From: an uncultured Candidatus Saccharibacteria bacterium
Lineage (GTDB): Bacteria; Patescibacteriota; Minisyncoccia; Portnoybacterales; UBA2143
NCBI GenBank assembly: GCA_964439515.1
Contig: CAYTNU010000002.1
Coordinates: 9,877-58,250 of the forward strand
Length of the DNA: 48,374 nucleotides
Direction of reading: 5' to 3'
The notes beneath the pieces were generated by a model. The model was not told where the DNA came from, did not search any database, and saw nothing but the letters and a program-made list of their open reading frames with translations. Below are positions 23,100-34,100 of the stretch, in pieces (the first letter of the stretch is position 1; the number at the start of each line of letters is the position of its first letter). A program made the translations under genes and the position numbers.

Positions 23100-25214
23100 A
23101 TGTCTAGAAAATATTCATTAGAAAAAACAAGAAACATTGGTATCATTGCTCATATTGATGCCGGAAAAACCACCATTACGGAGGGTGTTTTATATTTAAC
23201 TGGCATGACCCATAAAATTGGAATAGTTCATGAAGGCGATACCCAAATGGACTGGATGGAGCAAGAGAGAGAAAGAGGGATTACAATTACATCAGCTGCA
23301 ACTACTTGTTTTTGGAAAGCAAAACATTATAAATCAGATTTAGATGATGAATATAGGATTAATATTATTGACACTCCTGGTCATATTGATTTTACAGCAG
23401 AGGTTCAACGTAGTTTGCGTGTTCTTGATGGAGCTATTGTAGTTCTTGATGGAAAAATGGGAGTAGAGCCACAATCAGAAACAGTTTGGCGTCAAGCAAA
23501 TGAATTTAATGTACCTAGGGTATGTTTTGTTAATAAAATAAATCAAATAGGAGGAGATTTTTATAAAAGCTTAGAATCAATTAGAGAAAGATTAAGTGTT
23601 AATTCTTTTCCAGTTCAATTACCAATTGGTTTTGAGAAAGATATTAATGGCGTAGTTGATTTAGTCAAAATGAAAGCATATGTTTATAAGGATTTTCATG
23701 ATAAAAAATTAATTGAAGAAGAAATTCCAGATGATTTAAAAGAAAAGGCAGATAAATATAGAAATGAATTAATAGAAAAGGCAGTAGAAATTGATGATTC
23801 TTTGACAGAAAAATATTTAAATGGAGAAGATATCAGTGAACAAGAATTAGTTGATGCAATTAGAAAAAGCATTTTTAAAGGTGATTTCTTTCCTGTTTTT
23901 ACTGGCGATGGACGTGGTGTAATAGTAGAAACTTTGTTAGATGCAATAATTAATTATTTGCCTTCACCGATTGATCTACCTTCGGTTGTTGGGATTGATC
24001 CTAAAACAGAAGAGGAAATTTCTAGAGAAACAAAAGATAATGCTCCTTTCTCTGCTTTAGCTTTTAAAATTGCAACTGATCCCTATGTTGGTCAGCTTTG
24101 TTATTTTAGAACATATTCTGGAACATTAGAAAGTGGATCATATATTTTAAATGTTTCTACTGGAAAAAAAGAAAGGATTGGCCGTATTGTTAGAATGCAT
24201 GCTAATAAGAGAGAAGAGGTTAAAGAAATTTATGCTGGAGATATAGCAGCTATCGTAGGACTTAAAGGAACTACGACTGGTGATACATTGTCTGACGTAG
24301 ATCATCCTATCATTCTAGAAAAAATTGAATTCCCAGAGCCAGTTATTTCTATTGCTGTTGAACCAAAAACAAAAGCTGACCAAGAAAAAATGGGATTAGC
24401 TTTAAAGAAATTATCCGAAGAAGATCCAACCTTTCAAGTCAAAGGAGATCCAGAGACAGGACAAACAATTATTTCTGGTATGGGAGAATTGCATTTAGAA
24501 GTTCTTGTTGATAGAATGTCAAGAGAATTTAGTGTTGGAGCTAATATTGGTAAACCGCAAGTAGCTTATAGAGAAACAATTAAAAAGGGAACTAAAGCAG
24601 AAGGAAAATATATTCGTCAGACTGGTGGTCATGGACAATATGGTCATGTATGGATAGAGATTGAACCACAAGAACGTAGTAAAGGATTTGAATTTTATAA
24701 TAAAATTAAAGGTGGAATTATTCCTCAAGAATATATTCCAGCCGTAGAAAAAGGAATTAAAGAGGCAATGGATAAAGGAGTAATTGCTGGATATCCTTTA
24801 GTTGATGTTAAAGCAACTCTTTATGATGGTTCTTTCCATGATGTTGATTCCTCTGAATCAGCGTTTAAAATTGCTGGTTCGATTGCATTACAAGAAGCAG
24901 TTAAACATGCGGATCCAATTTTATTAGAACCAATTATGAAATTGCAAGTAGTTGTACCAGAAAAGTTTATGGGTGATGTGATTGGTGATCTTAATTCTAA
25001 GAGAGGCAGAATAGAAAAAATGGAAGATAGGGGAATTGGAGTTAATCTAGTAAAAATGATTGATGCACAAATTCCTTTAGCTAGTATGTTCGGTTATGCA
25101 ACTCAATTACGTTCTATTAGTCAAGGCAGAGGAACTTCAACAATGGAATTTAGTCATTATTCAGAAGTTCCTAAAAACGTAGCAGAAGAAATTATTGGGA
25201 AAAAAGAAAAATAA
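23100..25214 (+). CDS. fusA: elongation factor G
   Basis: [22 protein letters not shown] and NKINQ GTPase motifs. The start is set at ATG 23100, because the track start at 23061 overlaps rpsG. Confidence 0.95.
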   Translation: MSRKYSLEKTRNIGIIAHIDAGKTTITEGVLYLTGMTHKIGIVHEGDTQMDWMEQERERGITITSAATTCFWKAKHYKSDLDDEYRINIIDTPGHIDFTAEVQRSLRVLDGAIVVLDGKMGVEPQSETVWRQANEFNVPRVCFVNKINQIGGDFYKSLESIRERLSVNSFPVQLPIGFEKDINGVVDLVKMKAYVYKDFHDKKLIEEEIPDDLKEKADKYRNELIEKAVEIDDSLTEKYLNGEDISEQELVDAIRKSIFKGDFFPVFTGDGRGVIVETLLDAIINYLPSPIDLPSVVGIDPKTEEEISRETKDNAPFSALAFKIATDPYVGQLCYFRTYSGTLESGSYILNVSTGKKERIGRIVRMHANKREEVKEIYAGDIAAIVGLKGTTTGDTLSDVDHPIILEKIEFPEPVISIAVEPKTKADQEKMGLALKKLSEEDPTFQVKGDPETGQTIISGMGELHLEVLVDRMSREFSVGANIGKPQVAYRETIKKGTKAEGKYIRQTGGHGQYGHVWIEIEPQERSKGFEFYNKIKGGIIPQEYIPAVEKGIKEAMDKGVIAGYPLVDVKATLYDGSFHDVDSSESAFKIAGSIALQEAVKHADPILLEPIMKLQVVVPEKFMGDVIGDLNSKRGRIEKMEDRGIGVNLVKMIDAQIPLASMFGYATQLRSISQGRGTSTMEFSHYSEVPKNVAEEIIGKKEK

Positions 25215-25226
25215 GGTTAAATTTAT

Positions 25227-25481
25227 ATGTGGGAAAAAATAAAAAAAATATTATCAAAAGGAGATGGTAAATGCATCTTAGTAGAAGATAATCAACCAAC
25301 TTATGTTATTATTAAGTGGGAAGATTATGAAAATATGATAGATAATTATTCTGTAAAGACAGAAGAAGTTAACCGTAATATTGATAACTGGAAAGCAGAA
25401 AATGATGCTAAGGATAAATCCGAAGATAAGGTTGCAAGAGAAGATAAAGCAGAGGTTAAGATAGAAGATTTACCATTTTAA
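25227..25481 (+). CDS. small acidic hypothetical protein between fusA and tuf
   Basis: 84-aa ORF. The N-terminal part (CILVEDNQPTYVIIKWEDYENM) is loosely reminiscent of a Phd/YefM-type beta-alpha start, followed by a Lys/Glu/Asp-rich tail. Confidence 0.45.
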   Translation: MWEKIKKILSKGDGKCILVEDNQPTYVIIKWEDYENMIDNYSVKTEEVNRNIDNWKAENDAKDKSEDKVAREDKAEVKIEDLPF

Positions 25482-25501
25482 TTAGTATCTCTTTTATATA
25501 C

Positions 25502-25530
25502 TTGACAACTCGGGTCTTTTTTGCTAATTT
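25502..25530 (+). promoter_or_regulatory. possible tuf promoter (TTGACA-17 nt-TGcTAATTT)
   Basis: TTGACA at 25502-25507, then TAATTT at 25525-25530 preceded by TGc. Confidence 0.35.
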
Positions 25531-25641
25531 TATAATATAAGTATAAATAAACTAAATTTAATAGAGACAAAGAATCTTGGATAATGGCCAATCAATATTT
25601 TTTATTGTTCATTATTTATAATCTATTGTCTATATGCCATT

Positions 25642-26841
25642 ATGGCCGAAAAATTTGAAAGAAATAAACCCCATCTTAATATAGGTACTATTGGTCATGT
25701 TGATCATGGCAAAACCACTCTTACTGCTGCTATTCTTAAATGTTTGTCAGCAGCTGGTTTTACTTCACAAGATAAAGGGGTTGATCAAATCGATAACGCT
25801 CCAGAAGAAAAGGCGCGTGGTTTGACTATTGCTGTCTCTCATGTTGAGTATGAGACAGAGAAGCGACACTATGCTCACATTGATTGTCCTGGACATGCTG
25901 ACTATATTAAAAACATGATTACTGGTGCAGCTCAAATGGATGGAGGAATATTAGTTGTATCAGCAGCCGATGGTCCAATGCCTCAAACACGTGAACATAT
26001 TCTTTTAGCTCGTCAAGTTGGTTTGCCTGCTTTAGTCGTTTTCTTGAACAAGACAGATCAAGTTGATGATCCAGAAATGATTGATTTAGTTGAACAGGAA
26101 ATAAGAGAACTTTTAACTAAATATGAATACGACGGAGAGAAGACTCCTATTATAAGAGGATCAGCTCTTCAAGCATTGGAATGTGGTTGTGGAAAAGAAG
26201 AATGTGATAAATGTGGTCCTATTCTTCAATTAATGAAATCAATTGATGAGAACATTCCTGAACCAAAAAGAGCAGTTGATGAACCATTCTTAATGCCTGT
26301 TGAAGATGTATTCTCTATTGAAGGAAGAGGTACAGTAGCTACTGGTAGAATTCAACGTGGACAAATTAAAATTAATGAAGAAGTTGAAATTGTTGGTATT
26401 AAAGATACTCAGAAAACAGTTGTTACCGGGATTGAAATGTTTAACAAGTCTCTTGATGAAGGACAAGCCGGTGATAATGCTGGTATTCTTTTAAGAGGAC
26501 TTAAGAGAGAAGATGTTGAAAGAGGTCAAGTATTGGTTAAGCCAGGAAGCGTTAGTCCACATACCGAATTTGAAGGAGAAGTATATATCTTAAGCAAAGA
26601 AGAAGGTGGTCGTCATACTCCTTTCTTTAGTGGATATAAACCTCAATTTTATATTAGAACTACTGATGTAACTGGTGATGTTATTTTGCCCGAAGGGACA
26701 GAAATGGTTATGCCTGGCGATACTGTTAATTTAAAGATTAAATTAGTTGTTCCAGTTGCTTTAGAGAATAAACAAAGATTTGCTATTAGAGAAGGCGGTA
26801 AAACAGTAGGCGCTGGTGTAGTTACAAAGATTGTTAAATAA
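25642..26841 (+). CDS. tuf: elongation factor Tu
   Basis: [18 protein letters not shown] and NKTD motifs over a full-length 399 aa. Confidence 0.97.
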   Translation: MAEKFERNKPHLNIGTIGHVDHGKTTLTAAILKCLSAAGFTSQDKGVDQIDNAPEEKARGLTIAVSHVEYETEKRHYAHIDCPGHADYIKNMITGAAQMDGGILVVSAADGPMPQTREHILLARQVGLPALVVFLNKTDQVDDPEMIDLVEQEIRELLTKYEYDGEKTPIIRGSALQALECGCGKEECDKCGPILQLMKSIDENIPEPKRAVDEPFLMPVEDVFSIEGRGTVATGRIQRGQIKINEEVEIVGIKDTQKTVVTGIEMFNKSLDEGQAGDNAGILLRGLKREDVERGQVLVKPGSVSPHTEFEGEVYILSKEEGGRHTPFFSGYKPQFYIRTTDVTGDVILPEGTEMVMPGDTVNLKIKLVVPVALENKQRFAIREGGKTVGAGVVTKIVK

Positions 26842-26852
26842 ATATATAAATA

Positions 26853-27185
26853 ATGGCACCTAAAAAACAAGAAGAGATAAAACAAAGAATTCGTATTAGA
26901 ATTCAAGCTTATGATCATAAGCTAATTGATCAATCAGCTAAACAGATCGTTGACACTATTGAACGTTGTGGAGTGGACATTCGTGGCCCCATACCTTTAC
27001 CAACAAATATTCATAAATACACAATTAATCGGGCCACTTTTGTTCATAAAAAATCACGTGATCAGTATGAAATGAGAATTCATAAGAGATTGATTGATAT
27101 TCTTAGCCCTAGTTCTAAGGTTATTGATGCATTAATGGAATTAACCTTACCGGCTGGCGTTGATATTGAAATAAAGATGATTTAA
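26853..27185 (+). CDS. rpsJ: 30S ribosomal protein S10
   Basis: Matches [14 protein letters not shown].. and ends with ..[11 protein letters not shown]. Confidence 0.95.
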   Translation: MAPKKQEEIKQRIRIRIQAYDHKLIDQSAKQIVDTIERCGVDIRGPIPLPTNIHKYTINRATFVHKKSRDQYEMRIHKRLIDILSPSSKVIDALMELTLPAGVDIEIKMI

Positions 27186-27210
27186 TATATATTGGATTTA
27201 GTCATTATGG

Positions 27211-27231
27211 CCGGGGCTATCCCCGGTTTTT
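27211..27231 (+). terminator. GC hairpin plus T-run between rpsJ and rplC (terminator/attenuator-like)
   Basis: CCGGGG-CTAT-CCCCGG followed by TTTTT. Confidence 0.55.
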
Positions 27232-27251
27232 AATTAGAGATTTAATTTTAC

Positions 27252-27920
27252 ATGAAATTTATTTTAGGTAAGAAAATAAGAATGAGTCAGATTTTTGATG
27301 AAAGTGATAAAGTTATTCCAGTAACCTTAATTGATGCTGGGCCATGTTATGTAACACAAGTAAAAACTGAAGAAAAAGATGGTTATTCATCTGTTCAAAT
27401 TGGTTTTGAAGAGAAAAAAGACAAACATACCAATAAAGCTCAACAAGGTCATTTTAAAAAATCAGGCATTGGAAATAATTTACGTTATTTAAAAGAATTT
27501 AAAGCTGAAGGATTAAAAATCGGAGATAAAATTGATGTTAGTATTTTTAATCCTGGTGAAATAGTTAGAGTAAGCGGTATTTCTAAGGGCAAGGGGTTTC
27601 AAGGAGTAGTCAAAAGACATGGGTTCTCTGGTGCAAAAGCTACTCATGGAACAAAGCATAACGAAAGAGCACCTGGTTCTATTGGTTCAGCTTGGCCACA
27701 AAGAGTTTTCAAAGGCAAAAGAATGGCTGGCCGAATGGGAAGTGATAGAATAACCGTTGAAGGATTAGAAATAGTTGGAATTGATAAAGAAGAAAATCTT
27801 TTAGTTATTAGAGGAGCATTGCCAGGTAGAAAAGGAACTTTATTAGAGATAATAACTACTAAAGAAATTGAAAAAGCTAAAGAAGAAGAAAAAGAGAAAA
27901 CAGAAAAGGAAGATAAATAA
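27252..27920 (+). CDS. rplC: 50S ribosomal protein L3
   Basis: GKGFQGVVKRHGFSG and HGTKHNERAPGSIG match L3. Confidence 0.95.
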   Translation: MKFILGKKIRMSQIFDESDKVIPVTLIDAGPCYVTQVKTEEKDGYSSVQIGFEEKKDKHTNKAQQGHFKKSGIGNNLRYLKEFKAEGLKIGDKIDVSIFNPGEIVRVSGISKGKGFQGVVKRHGFSGAKATHGTKHNERAPGSIGSAWPQRVFKGKRMAGRMGSDRITVEGLEIVGIDKEENLLVIRGALPGRKGTLLEIITTKEIEKAKEEEKEKTEKEDK

Positions 27921-27922
27921 TT

Positions 27923-28567
27923 ATGAAGGCATCATTATACAATCAAGAAGGAGAAGAAATTAAAAAGGTTGATTTGCCTTCTGAAATTTTTGATATAGAA
28001 TTAAATTCTGATTTGGTTCATCAAGTAGTTGTTGCTCAGATGAGTAATTCTAGAAAAGTTATTGCTCATACTAAAGATAGAAGTGAAAAAAGAGGTGGAG
28101 GTCGTAAACCTTGGCGTCAAAAAGGAACAGGACGAGCTCGTCATGGTTCAATTCGTTCACCGATTTGGCGTGGTGGTGGAGTTACTTTTGGACCAACTAA
28201 AGATAGAAACTTTAGTAAGAAAATAAATAAGAAAATGAAACAGGGAGCTCTTTTAATGACTTTATCATCTAAAATTAAAGAAGATGAGTTTGTTTTATTA
28301 GATAAAATTGAATTAACCGAAGGAAAAACGAAATTAATGAATGAAATGATTAATAATTTAGGAAATAAGTTAAAAAAGAATTTAAATAAGAGCACTTTAA
28401 TTGTTCTATCTAAGACTGATTTAAAAATTAGTCATGCAGTTAGAAATATTCCTAAAATCAAGACTATTAGAGCAGATAGTTTAAATGTTCTAGATATTCT
28501 TAATCACCAATATCTAATATTATTGCAAGATGCAATTAAAACAATTAAGGAAACATACGTTAAATAG
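27923..28567 (+). CDS. rplD: 50S ribosomal protein L4
   Basis: The block RKPWRQKGTGRARHGSIRSPIWRGGGVTFGP matches L4. Confidence 0.95.
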   Translation: MKASLYNQEGEEIKKVDLPSEIFDIELNSDLVHQVVVAQMSNSRKVIAHTKDRSEKRGGGRKPWRQKGTGRARHGSIRSPIWRGGGVTFGPTKDRNFSKKINKKMKQGALLMTLSSKIKEDEFVLLDKIELTEGKTKLMNEMINNLGNKLKKNLNKSTLIVLSKTDLKISHAVRNIPKIKTIRADSLNVLDILNHQYLILLQDAIKTIKETYVK

Positions 28568-28583
28568 ATAAAATTTTAAAATC

Positions 28584-28997
28584 ATGGCATTTTTAGATAA
28601 ATTTAAAAAAAAGGAAAAATCTGAAATAGTAAAAAAGGTTAAAAAACCTGTATCAAAAGAATTAAAACAGGAAAAACCTAAAATAATTATTAAGAAAAAA
28701 GATCTTCAGATTTATAAGGTTATTAAAGAGGCTCACATTACAGAGAAGGCCGGTATTTTAGCAGAACAAGGAAAATATGTTTTTAGAATTTATCCCAAAG
28801 CCAATAAGATAGAAATAAAAAAAGCAATTGAATCTCTTTATGATGTCAAAGTAGATAAAGTTAATATAGTTCATTCTGCTCCAAAAAAAAGACGATTGGG
28901 TCGTCACCAGGGATGGCGTCATGGATTAAAAAAGGGATTTAAAAAAGCAATTGTTAGTCTAAAAGAAGGAGAAGAGATAGAATTATTACCAAAATAA
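28584..28997 (+). CDS. rplW: 50S ribosomal protein L23 (Lys-rich N-terminal extension)
   Basis: The L23 core is [30 protein letters not shown], preceded by about 40 Lys-rich residues. Confidence 0.9.
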   Translation: MAFLDKFKKKEKSEIVKKVKKPVSKELKQEKPKIIIKKKDLQIYKVIKEAHITEKAGILAEQGKYVFRIYPKANKIEIKKAIESLYDVKVDKVNIVHSAPKKRRLGRHQGWRHGLKKGFKKAIVSLKEGEEIELLPK

Positions 28998-29001
28998 AGA
29001 G

Positions 29002-29844
29002 ATGAAGAGATATAAACCAACAACACCAGGCAGAAGAGGAATGACTTCAGTAGATTATTCTTCTATAACAAAAACAAAACCAGCTAAAAAGTTAACTAAA
29101 AAGTTACTCAAAAAAGCTGGGCGCGGTTATCGTGGTCATATCACTGTTAGACATAAAGGCGGTGGACATAAAAAGAAATATAGATTAATTGATTTTAAAC
29201 GTTATGATAAAATCGGTATTTCAGCAAAGGTTACTTCAATTGAATATGATCCAAATAGAACTTGCTTTATTGCCTTGCTTGATTATAATGATGGAGAGAA
29301 AAGATATATTTTAGCGCCTGACGGTTTAAAGGTTGGGCAGGTAGTTATTTGTAAAGAAAAAGCGCCATTAAAAATTGGGAATAGATTAGAGTTAAAAAAC
29401 ATTCTTATTGGTACAGAAGTCTATAACATTGAATTTCAACCTCGTAAAGGTGGTCAAATGATTCGTTCAGCTGGAAGTTCAGCTCAAGTAATGGCTCACG
29501 AAGGTGGCTATACCCATTTAAAACTTGCTTCAAGTGAAATAAGAATGGTAAGAGATAATTGTTTTGCTAGTATAGGTCAATTAAGTAATACAGAACATAG
29601 CCTAGTAGTGATCGGTAAGGCAGGTAGAAGCCGTTGGATGGGACGTAGACCAACTGTTCGTGGTTCTGCTATGAATGCTTGTGATCATCCACATGGTGGA
29701 GGAGAAAATCGTCAATCGATTGGCCTAAGAAGAGGACCAAAAACACCATGGGGTAAGTTGGCTTATGGAGTAAAAACAAGAAAGAAGAAAGCAAGTAATA
29801 AACTAATTTTAAAACGTAGAATAATTAAGAAAAAGAAAAAATAG
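29002..29844 (+). CDS. rplB: 50S ribosomal protein L2
   Basis: GGGHKKKYR and [16 protein letters not shown] match L2. Confidence 0.97.
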   Translation: MKRYKPTTPGRRGMTSVDYSSITKTKPAKKLTKKLLKKAGRGYRGHITVRHKGGGHKKKYRLIDFKRYDKIGISAKVTSIEYDPNRTCFIALLDYNDGEKRYILAPDGLKVGQVVICKEKAPLKIGNRLELKNILIGTEVYNIEFQPRKGGQMIRSAGSSAQVMAHEGGYTHLKLASSEIRMVRDNCFASIGQLSNTEHSLVVIGKAGRSRWMGRRPTVRGSAMNACDHPHGGGENRQSIGLRRGPKTPWGKLAYGVKTRKKKASNKLILKRRIIKKKKK

Positions 29845-29853
29845 TAAAATATT

Positions 29854-30147
29854 ATGAGTAGATCACTTAAAAAAGGACCATATGTTGATGCTAAGCTATT
29901 AAAAAAAATAGCCAAGTTAAAGTCGGGCGATAAGACAGTAATTAAGACATGGGCCAGAGCCAGTACTATTGTTCCAGAAATGGTTGGTTTTACATTTGGC
30001 ATTCATAATGGCAAGGATCATATTCAGGTATTTATTACCGAAGACATGGTTGGTCATAAATTAGGTGAATTTTCATTAACTAGAAAATTTGTTAAACATG
30101 GTGGTAAGATGCAGAAAGAAAAAGAAATAGTTTCTAGAAAGAAATAA
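29854..30147 (+). CDS. rpsS: 30S ribosomal protein S19
   Basis: [11 protein letters not shown] and [23 protein letters not shown] match S19. Confidence 0.95.
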   Translation: MSRSLKKGPYVDAKLLKKIAKLKSGDKTVIKTWARASTIVPEMVGFTFGIHNGKDHIQVFITEDMVGHKLGEFSLTRKFVKHGGKMQKEKEIVSRKK

Positions 30148-30154
30148 TAAACTT

Positions 30155-30724
30155 ATGATAACAGCAAAGTTAAAACATTTAAGAACATCACCTCGAAAAG
30201 TCAGATTGGTAGTTGACCTAATTAGAGGATTAGATGTAATAGTAGCTGAAAATCAGTTAAAATTTTTACCCAAAAGATCTGCTGAACCAGTTTTAATACT
30301 TTTAAAATCAGCAATAGCTAATGCTTTAAATGATTTTAATGCTGTTAAAGAAAATCTTTTTATTTCTAAAATTACTGTTGATCAAGGACCTACTTTAAAA
30401 CGATGGATGCCTAGAGCAATGGGTCGCGCTACACCAATAATGAAAAGAACTAGTCATTTGACAATAGAGCTAGAATCCAAAGAGCCATTATTAAAAGAGA
30501 AAGAAGTTAAAAAAGAGAAAGAATTAGACGTTGAAAAGAAAGACGTTGATTCATTAAAGGAAAAGAGTAAACCAATTGAGAAAGAAGAAGATAAATCATC
30601 TGTTAATCATAAATCAATAGTACCAGAGAAACCTTATTTAACTCCTTCTCAATCAAAGAAAAAACTTTTTAGTCGACAGACCTTTGGAAATGTAAAAAAA
30701 CAATTTAGAAGAAAGAGTATTTAA
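30155..30724 (+). CDS. rplV: 50S ribosomal protein L22 (long Lys/Glu-rich C-terminal extension)
   Basis: The L22 core is LRTSPRKVRLVVDLIRG...RAMGRATPIMKRTSHLTI, followed by about 80 extra residues. Confidence 0.9.
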   Translation: MITAKLKHLRTSPRKVRLVVDLIRGLDVIVAENQLKFLPKRSAEPVLILLKSAIANALNDFNAVKENLFISKITVDQGPTLKRWMPRAMGRATPIMKRTSHLTIELESKEPLLKEKEVKKEKELDVEKKDVDSLKEKSKPIEKEEDKSSVNHKSIVPEKPYLTPSQSKKKLFSRQTFGNVKKQFRRKSI

Positions 30725-30728
30725 AATC

Positions 30729-31400
30729 ATGGGAAGAAAAGTACATCCATTCATTTTTCGATTAGGCACAGTCAATACTTGGAAATCACGTTGGTTTAAT
30801 CAAAAAGAATATAAGAAACTATTAGAGCAAGATGTTAAATTGCGTGATTTTATTTTGAAAAAATTAAGTAAAGCAGCCGTTGATTTAGTAGAGATAGAAC
30901 GTTCAGCTAATTTGATAAAAATCATTATTGGAACAGCTCGTCCAGGATTAGTAATTGGTCGTGGAGGAAGTGGTGTTGAAGAATTAAAACAGGAAATAAA
31001 GAAAATAATTTATAAAAATAATCCAGAATTATCTAATATTGATGTTAATTTAGAGATAAATGAGATAAGAGATCCCAATAGCCATGCAGCAATAGTTGCT
31101 CAAGATATAGCTAGCCAGATAGAAAGACGAATGCCTTATCGTAGAGTAATAAAACAAACATTAGATAAAATTATTCAAAGCACTGGAGTCCAAGGAGCTA
31201 AAATCACAGTTAAAGGTAGATTGAACGGAGCTGAGATTGCAAGAAAAGAATGGTTAAAAAAAGGTAGAATTTCTTTGCAGACCATACGTGCTAACATTGA
31301 CTATGCTGAAGCAACCGCTTACACTACATACGGAACGATTGGAGTAAAGGTTTGGATATCTAAAGGAGAAGTATTTGAAAATCAAGTAAATCAGAAATAA
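30729..31400 (+). CDS. rpsC: 30S ribosomal protein S3
   Basis: MGRKVHP, a KH domain with [10 protein letters not shown], and RLNGAEIAR match S3. Confidence 0.95.
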   Translation: MGRKVHPFIFRLGTVNTWKSRWFNQKEYKKLLEQDVKLRDFILKKLSKAAVDLVEIERSANLIKIIIGTARPGLVIGRGGSGVEELKQEIKKIIYKNNPELSNIDVNLEINEIRDPNSHAAIVAQDIASQIERRMPYRRVIKQTLDKIIQSTGVQGAKITVKGRLNGAEIARKEWLKKGRISLQTIRANIDYAEATAYTTYGTIGVKVWISKGEVFENQVNQK

Positions 31401-31402
31401 TT

Positions 31403-31816
31403 ATGTTAACACCAAAGAAAGTAAAACATAGAAAGTGGCAAAAAGGACGAAGAAGAGGTAAGGGTAAAGAAACTCGAGGAAACGAGATTTCTTTTGGTTC
31501 ATATGCATTAAAAGCAATGGCTGAATGTTGGTTAACTTCTCGTCAAATTGAAGCAGCTAGAAGAGCCATGACTCGTCATATCCAACGTGGTGGCAAAATA
31601 TGGATTAGAGTTTTTCCTGATAAACCAGTAACAAAAAAAGGCATTGAAGTTCCTATGGGTGGGGGAAAAGGAAGCGTTGATCATTATGTAATGCCAATAA
31701 AACCAGGAAGAATTATTTTCGAAATGGATGGAGTAACAGAAGAATTAGCCAAAGAAGCAATGGGTAAGGCAACTCATAAATTGCCAATTAAAACAAAATT
31801 TATTATAAGAGATTAA
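31403..31816 (+). CDS. rplP: 50S ribosomal protein L16
   Basis: [25 protein letters not shown] and VPMGGGKGS match L16. Confidence 0.95.
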   Translation: MLTPKKVKHRKWQKGRRRGKGKETRGNEISFGSYALKAMAECWLTSRQIEAARRAMTRHIQRGGKIWIRVFPDKPVTKKGIEVPMGGGKGSVDHYVMPIKPGRIIFEMDGVTEELAKEAMGKATHKLPIKTKFIIRD

Positions 31817-31819
31817 CAG

Positions 31820-32026
31820 ATGAAAACAAAAGATTTACATCAAAAAACAGAAAAAGAATTAAATGAGCTATTAATTGATAATCGCTATAAACTAGGGAAG
31901 CTTAAATTCGATTTATCTTCTAAAAAAATTAAGAATGTTAGAGAAATTAGAGATTTACGTAGAGATGTTGCTAGAATTTTAACCATATTAAATGAAAAAA
32001 ATGTTATTAAAAAAGAAGAAAAATAA
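31820..32026 (+). CDS. rpmC: 50S ribosomal protein L29
   Basis: 68 aa with [24 protein letters not shown], in the conserved L29 position. Confidence 0.9.
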   Translation: MKTKDLHQKTEKELNELLIDNRYKLGKLKFDLSSKKIKNVREIRDLRRDVARILTILNEKNVIKKEEK

Positions 32027-32297
32027 AGAAATTGAAAATAAAATACCAGAAAAGACAACCGAAAAAAAGGGTCGTTTTCTTAAGGGTGCAATAGTAAGCG
32101 ATAAGATGGATAAAACAGTTGTTGTTTTAGTTAATCAATATAAGGAACATCCTAAATATAAGAAAAGATATAATGTTAGTAAAAGATATCAAGCTCATGA
32201 TGAAAAAAATGAATATAAAGTTGGTGACAAAGTAGTTATTCATGAGCGTTCTCCTTTAAGCAAAAATAAAAAATGGGAAGTAATTAAAAAGATATGA
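31992..32297 (+). CDS. rpsQ: 30S ribosomal protein S17 (start uncertain)
   Basis: The S17 core is [18 protein letters not shown]...YKKRY...AHDE. ATG 31992 or 32001 would overlap rpmC by about 30 nt, and the N-terminus is Lys-rich. Confidence 0.85.
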   Translation: MKKMLLKKKKNKEIENKIPEKTTEKKGRFLKGAIVSDKMDKTVVVLVNQYKEHPKYKKRYNVSKRYQAHDEKNEYKVGDKVVIHERSPLSKNKKWEVIKKI

Positions 32298-32659
32298 TAC
32301 AGACAGAAACAAAATTAAAAGTAGCTGATAATACTGGAGCAAAAATTATTCAGTGTTTTAAGGTTTTAGGTGGAAGTAAGCGCCGTTATGCTCAAATTGG
32401 AGATATAATAGTGGCTTCCGTTAAAAGTGCTGAACCAAGAAAAATTGTTAAGAAAAAGGAAGTTGTTCGAGCAGTAATAGTTAGACAAAGAAGAGCCTTT
32501 AGACGTAAAGATGGTTCATATATTCGTTTTGATGAAAATGCAGCTGTGATTGTTGATGGACATAATCCAAGAGGTGGTCGTATCTTTGGTCCAGTACCAA
32601 GAGAATTAAAAGAAAAGGGCTTTGATAAAATAGTATCATTAGCACCTGAAGTACTATAA
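32294..32659 (+). CDS. rplN: 50S ribosomal protein L14
   Basis: [17 protein letters not shown] and [10 protein letters not shown] match L14. Confidence 0.97.
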   Translation: MIQTETKLKVADNTGAKIIQCFKVLGGSKRRYAQIGDIIVASVKSAEPRKIVKKKEVVRAVIVRQRRAFRRKDGSYIRFDENAAVIVDGHNPRGGRIFGPVPRELKEKGFDKIVSLAPEVL

Positions 32660-32663
32660 AGTC

Positions 32664-32969
32664 ATGAAAATCAAAAAAGATGATACAGTATTAATAATTA
32701 GCGGTAAAGATAAAGGCAAAAAAGCTAAAGTTTTAGAATCTTTTCCTAAAGACAATAAACTTATGGTAGAAGGTGTTAATATTGTTAAAAAACATCGTAG
32801 ACCTAAAAAAGAAAATGAAAAAGGGCAAATCGTTGAAATTCCGAAGCCAATTGATGCATCTAATGTTAAATTAGTTTGTCCTAAATGTAATAAGATAACT
32901 AGAATAGGTTATCGTTTAACCGAAAAAGGTAAGTATAGAATTTGTAAAAAATGTGGACAAGAATTATAA
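32664..32969 (+). CDS. rplX: 50S ribosomal protein L24 (C-terminal CxxC..CxxC ribbon)
   Basis: KOW motif IKKDDTVLIISGKDKGKKAKV, plus CPKC...CKKC. Confidence 0.9.
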   Translation: MKIKKDDTVLIISGKDKGKKAKVLESFPKDNKLMVEGVNIVKKHRRPKKENEKGQIVEIPKPIDASNVKLVCPKCNKITRIGYRLTEKGKYRICKKCGQEL

Positions 32970-32971
32970 AT

Positions 32972-33523
32972 ATGTTGTTATTAAAAGAAAAATATATAAA
33001 AGAAGTTTTACCTGCTCTGAAAGAAAAGTTTGGTTATAAGAACAATTTAGCTGTGCCTAAAATAGTCAAGGCGGTTGTTAATGTTGGTTTTAATCCAGCA
33101 ACAGGTGGAGACAAGATACAGGAAGACTTAACTAGAGATTTAACAGTAATTACTGGTCAGAAACCAAGTGCTTGTCAAGTTAAAAAACCAGAAGCTAGTT
33201 TTAAAACCAGAAAGGGCATGGTTAATGGATTAAAAATTACATTAAGAGGTAATCGCATGTATGACTTTTTAAATAGATTGATTCATTTATCCTTACCACG
33301 TGGTCGTGATTTTCGAGGATTAAAAGAATCAGGAATTGATCAAACAGGAAATTTAAATATTGGAATTAAAGAACATCTAATTTTCCCAGAAATTTCAGAT
33401 GAACATGTTAGAAAAATTTTTGGATTTCAGATTACTGTAGTAACTACATGTAAAAATCGTGAACATGGATTAGAATTGTTTAAGTTGTTAGGTTTTCCTA
33501 TCAAATTTAAGGATAAAGAATAA
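32972..33523 (+). CDS. rplE: 50S ribosomal protein L5
   Basis: [21 protein letters not shown].. matches L5. The start is moved to ATG 32972, because the track start at 32951 overlaps rplX. Confidence 0.93.
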   Translation: MLLLKEKYIKEVLPALKEKFGYKNNLAVPKIVKAVVNVGFNPATGGDKIQEDLTRDLTVITGQKPSACQVKKPEASFKTRKGMVNGLKITLRGNRMYDFLNRLIHLSLPRGRDFRGLKESGIDQTGNLNIGIKEHLIFPEISDEHVRKIFGFQITVVTTCKNREHGLELFKLLGFPIKFKDKE

Positions 33524-33524
33524 T

Positions 33525-33710
33525 ATGGCTAAAAAATCAGTTATTGCAAGATCTAAAAAAACTCCTAAGTTCTCTAGTCGAATAGTTCGACGTTGTTTTC
33601 GTTGTGGTAGAAAGAGATCTTATTTAAGAAAATTTAATTTATGTCGAATTTGCTTTAGAGAATTAGCTAATAAGGGAGAGCTCCCTGGAATTAAAAAATC
33701 ATCATGGTAA
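33525..33710 (+). CDS. rpsN: 30S ribosomal protein S14, zinc-binding type Z
   Basis: 61 aa with [23 protein letters not shown]. Confidence 0.93.
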   Translation: MAKKSVIARSKKTPKFSSRIVRRCFRCGRKRSYLRKFNLCRICFRELANKGELPGIKKSSW

Positions 33711-34096
33711 ACGATCCAATTGCAGATATGTTAACTAGAATAAGGAACGCTAAAGCCGTTGCACACAATACGGTTACTATTCCTTTTTCTAATCTTAAGC
33801 TAAAATTAGCTGAAATTTTAGAAAAAGAAGGAATAATTGGGAAAGTAACTACACAAGGTAAAAAGACAAAAAAGAGTATTGAAATTGAATTGAAGTACAA
33901 GAAAGGCAAATCAGTGATTGATACTATAAAAAAAATTAGTAAGCCAGGTCGTAGAGTTTATATTAAAAAAAGTGAAATAAAGTCAATTAGACAAGGATTT
34001 GGTATGTCTATTATTTCCACTTCAGAAGGATTAATGACCAATAAAGAAGCAAAGAAAAAAGGATTAGGCGGAGAGGTTCTTTGTGAAATTTGGTAA
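33704..34096 (+). CDS. rpsH: 30S ribosomal protein S8
   Basis: [13 protein letters not shown] and the ending ..GGEVLCEIW match S8. Confidence 0.95.
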   Translation: MVNDPIADMLTRIRNAKAVAHNTVTIPFSNLKLKLAEILEKEGIIGKVTTQGKKTKKSIEIELKYKKGKSVIDTIKKISKPGRRVYIKKSEIKSIRQGFGMSIISTSEGLMTNKEAKKKGLGGEVLCEIW

Positions 34097-34100
34097 ACTT

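Noticed and set aside
25560-25650. Complementary 8-mers ATAATGGC / GCCATTAT and AGACAA / TTGTCT upstream of tuf as a leader structure
   Set aside because: The order of the complementary segments does not allow a simple nested hairpin, and the matches are short enough to be chance in AT-rich DNA.
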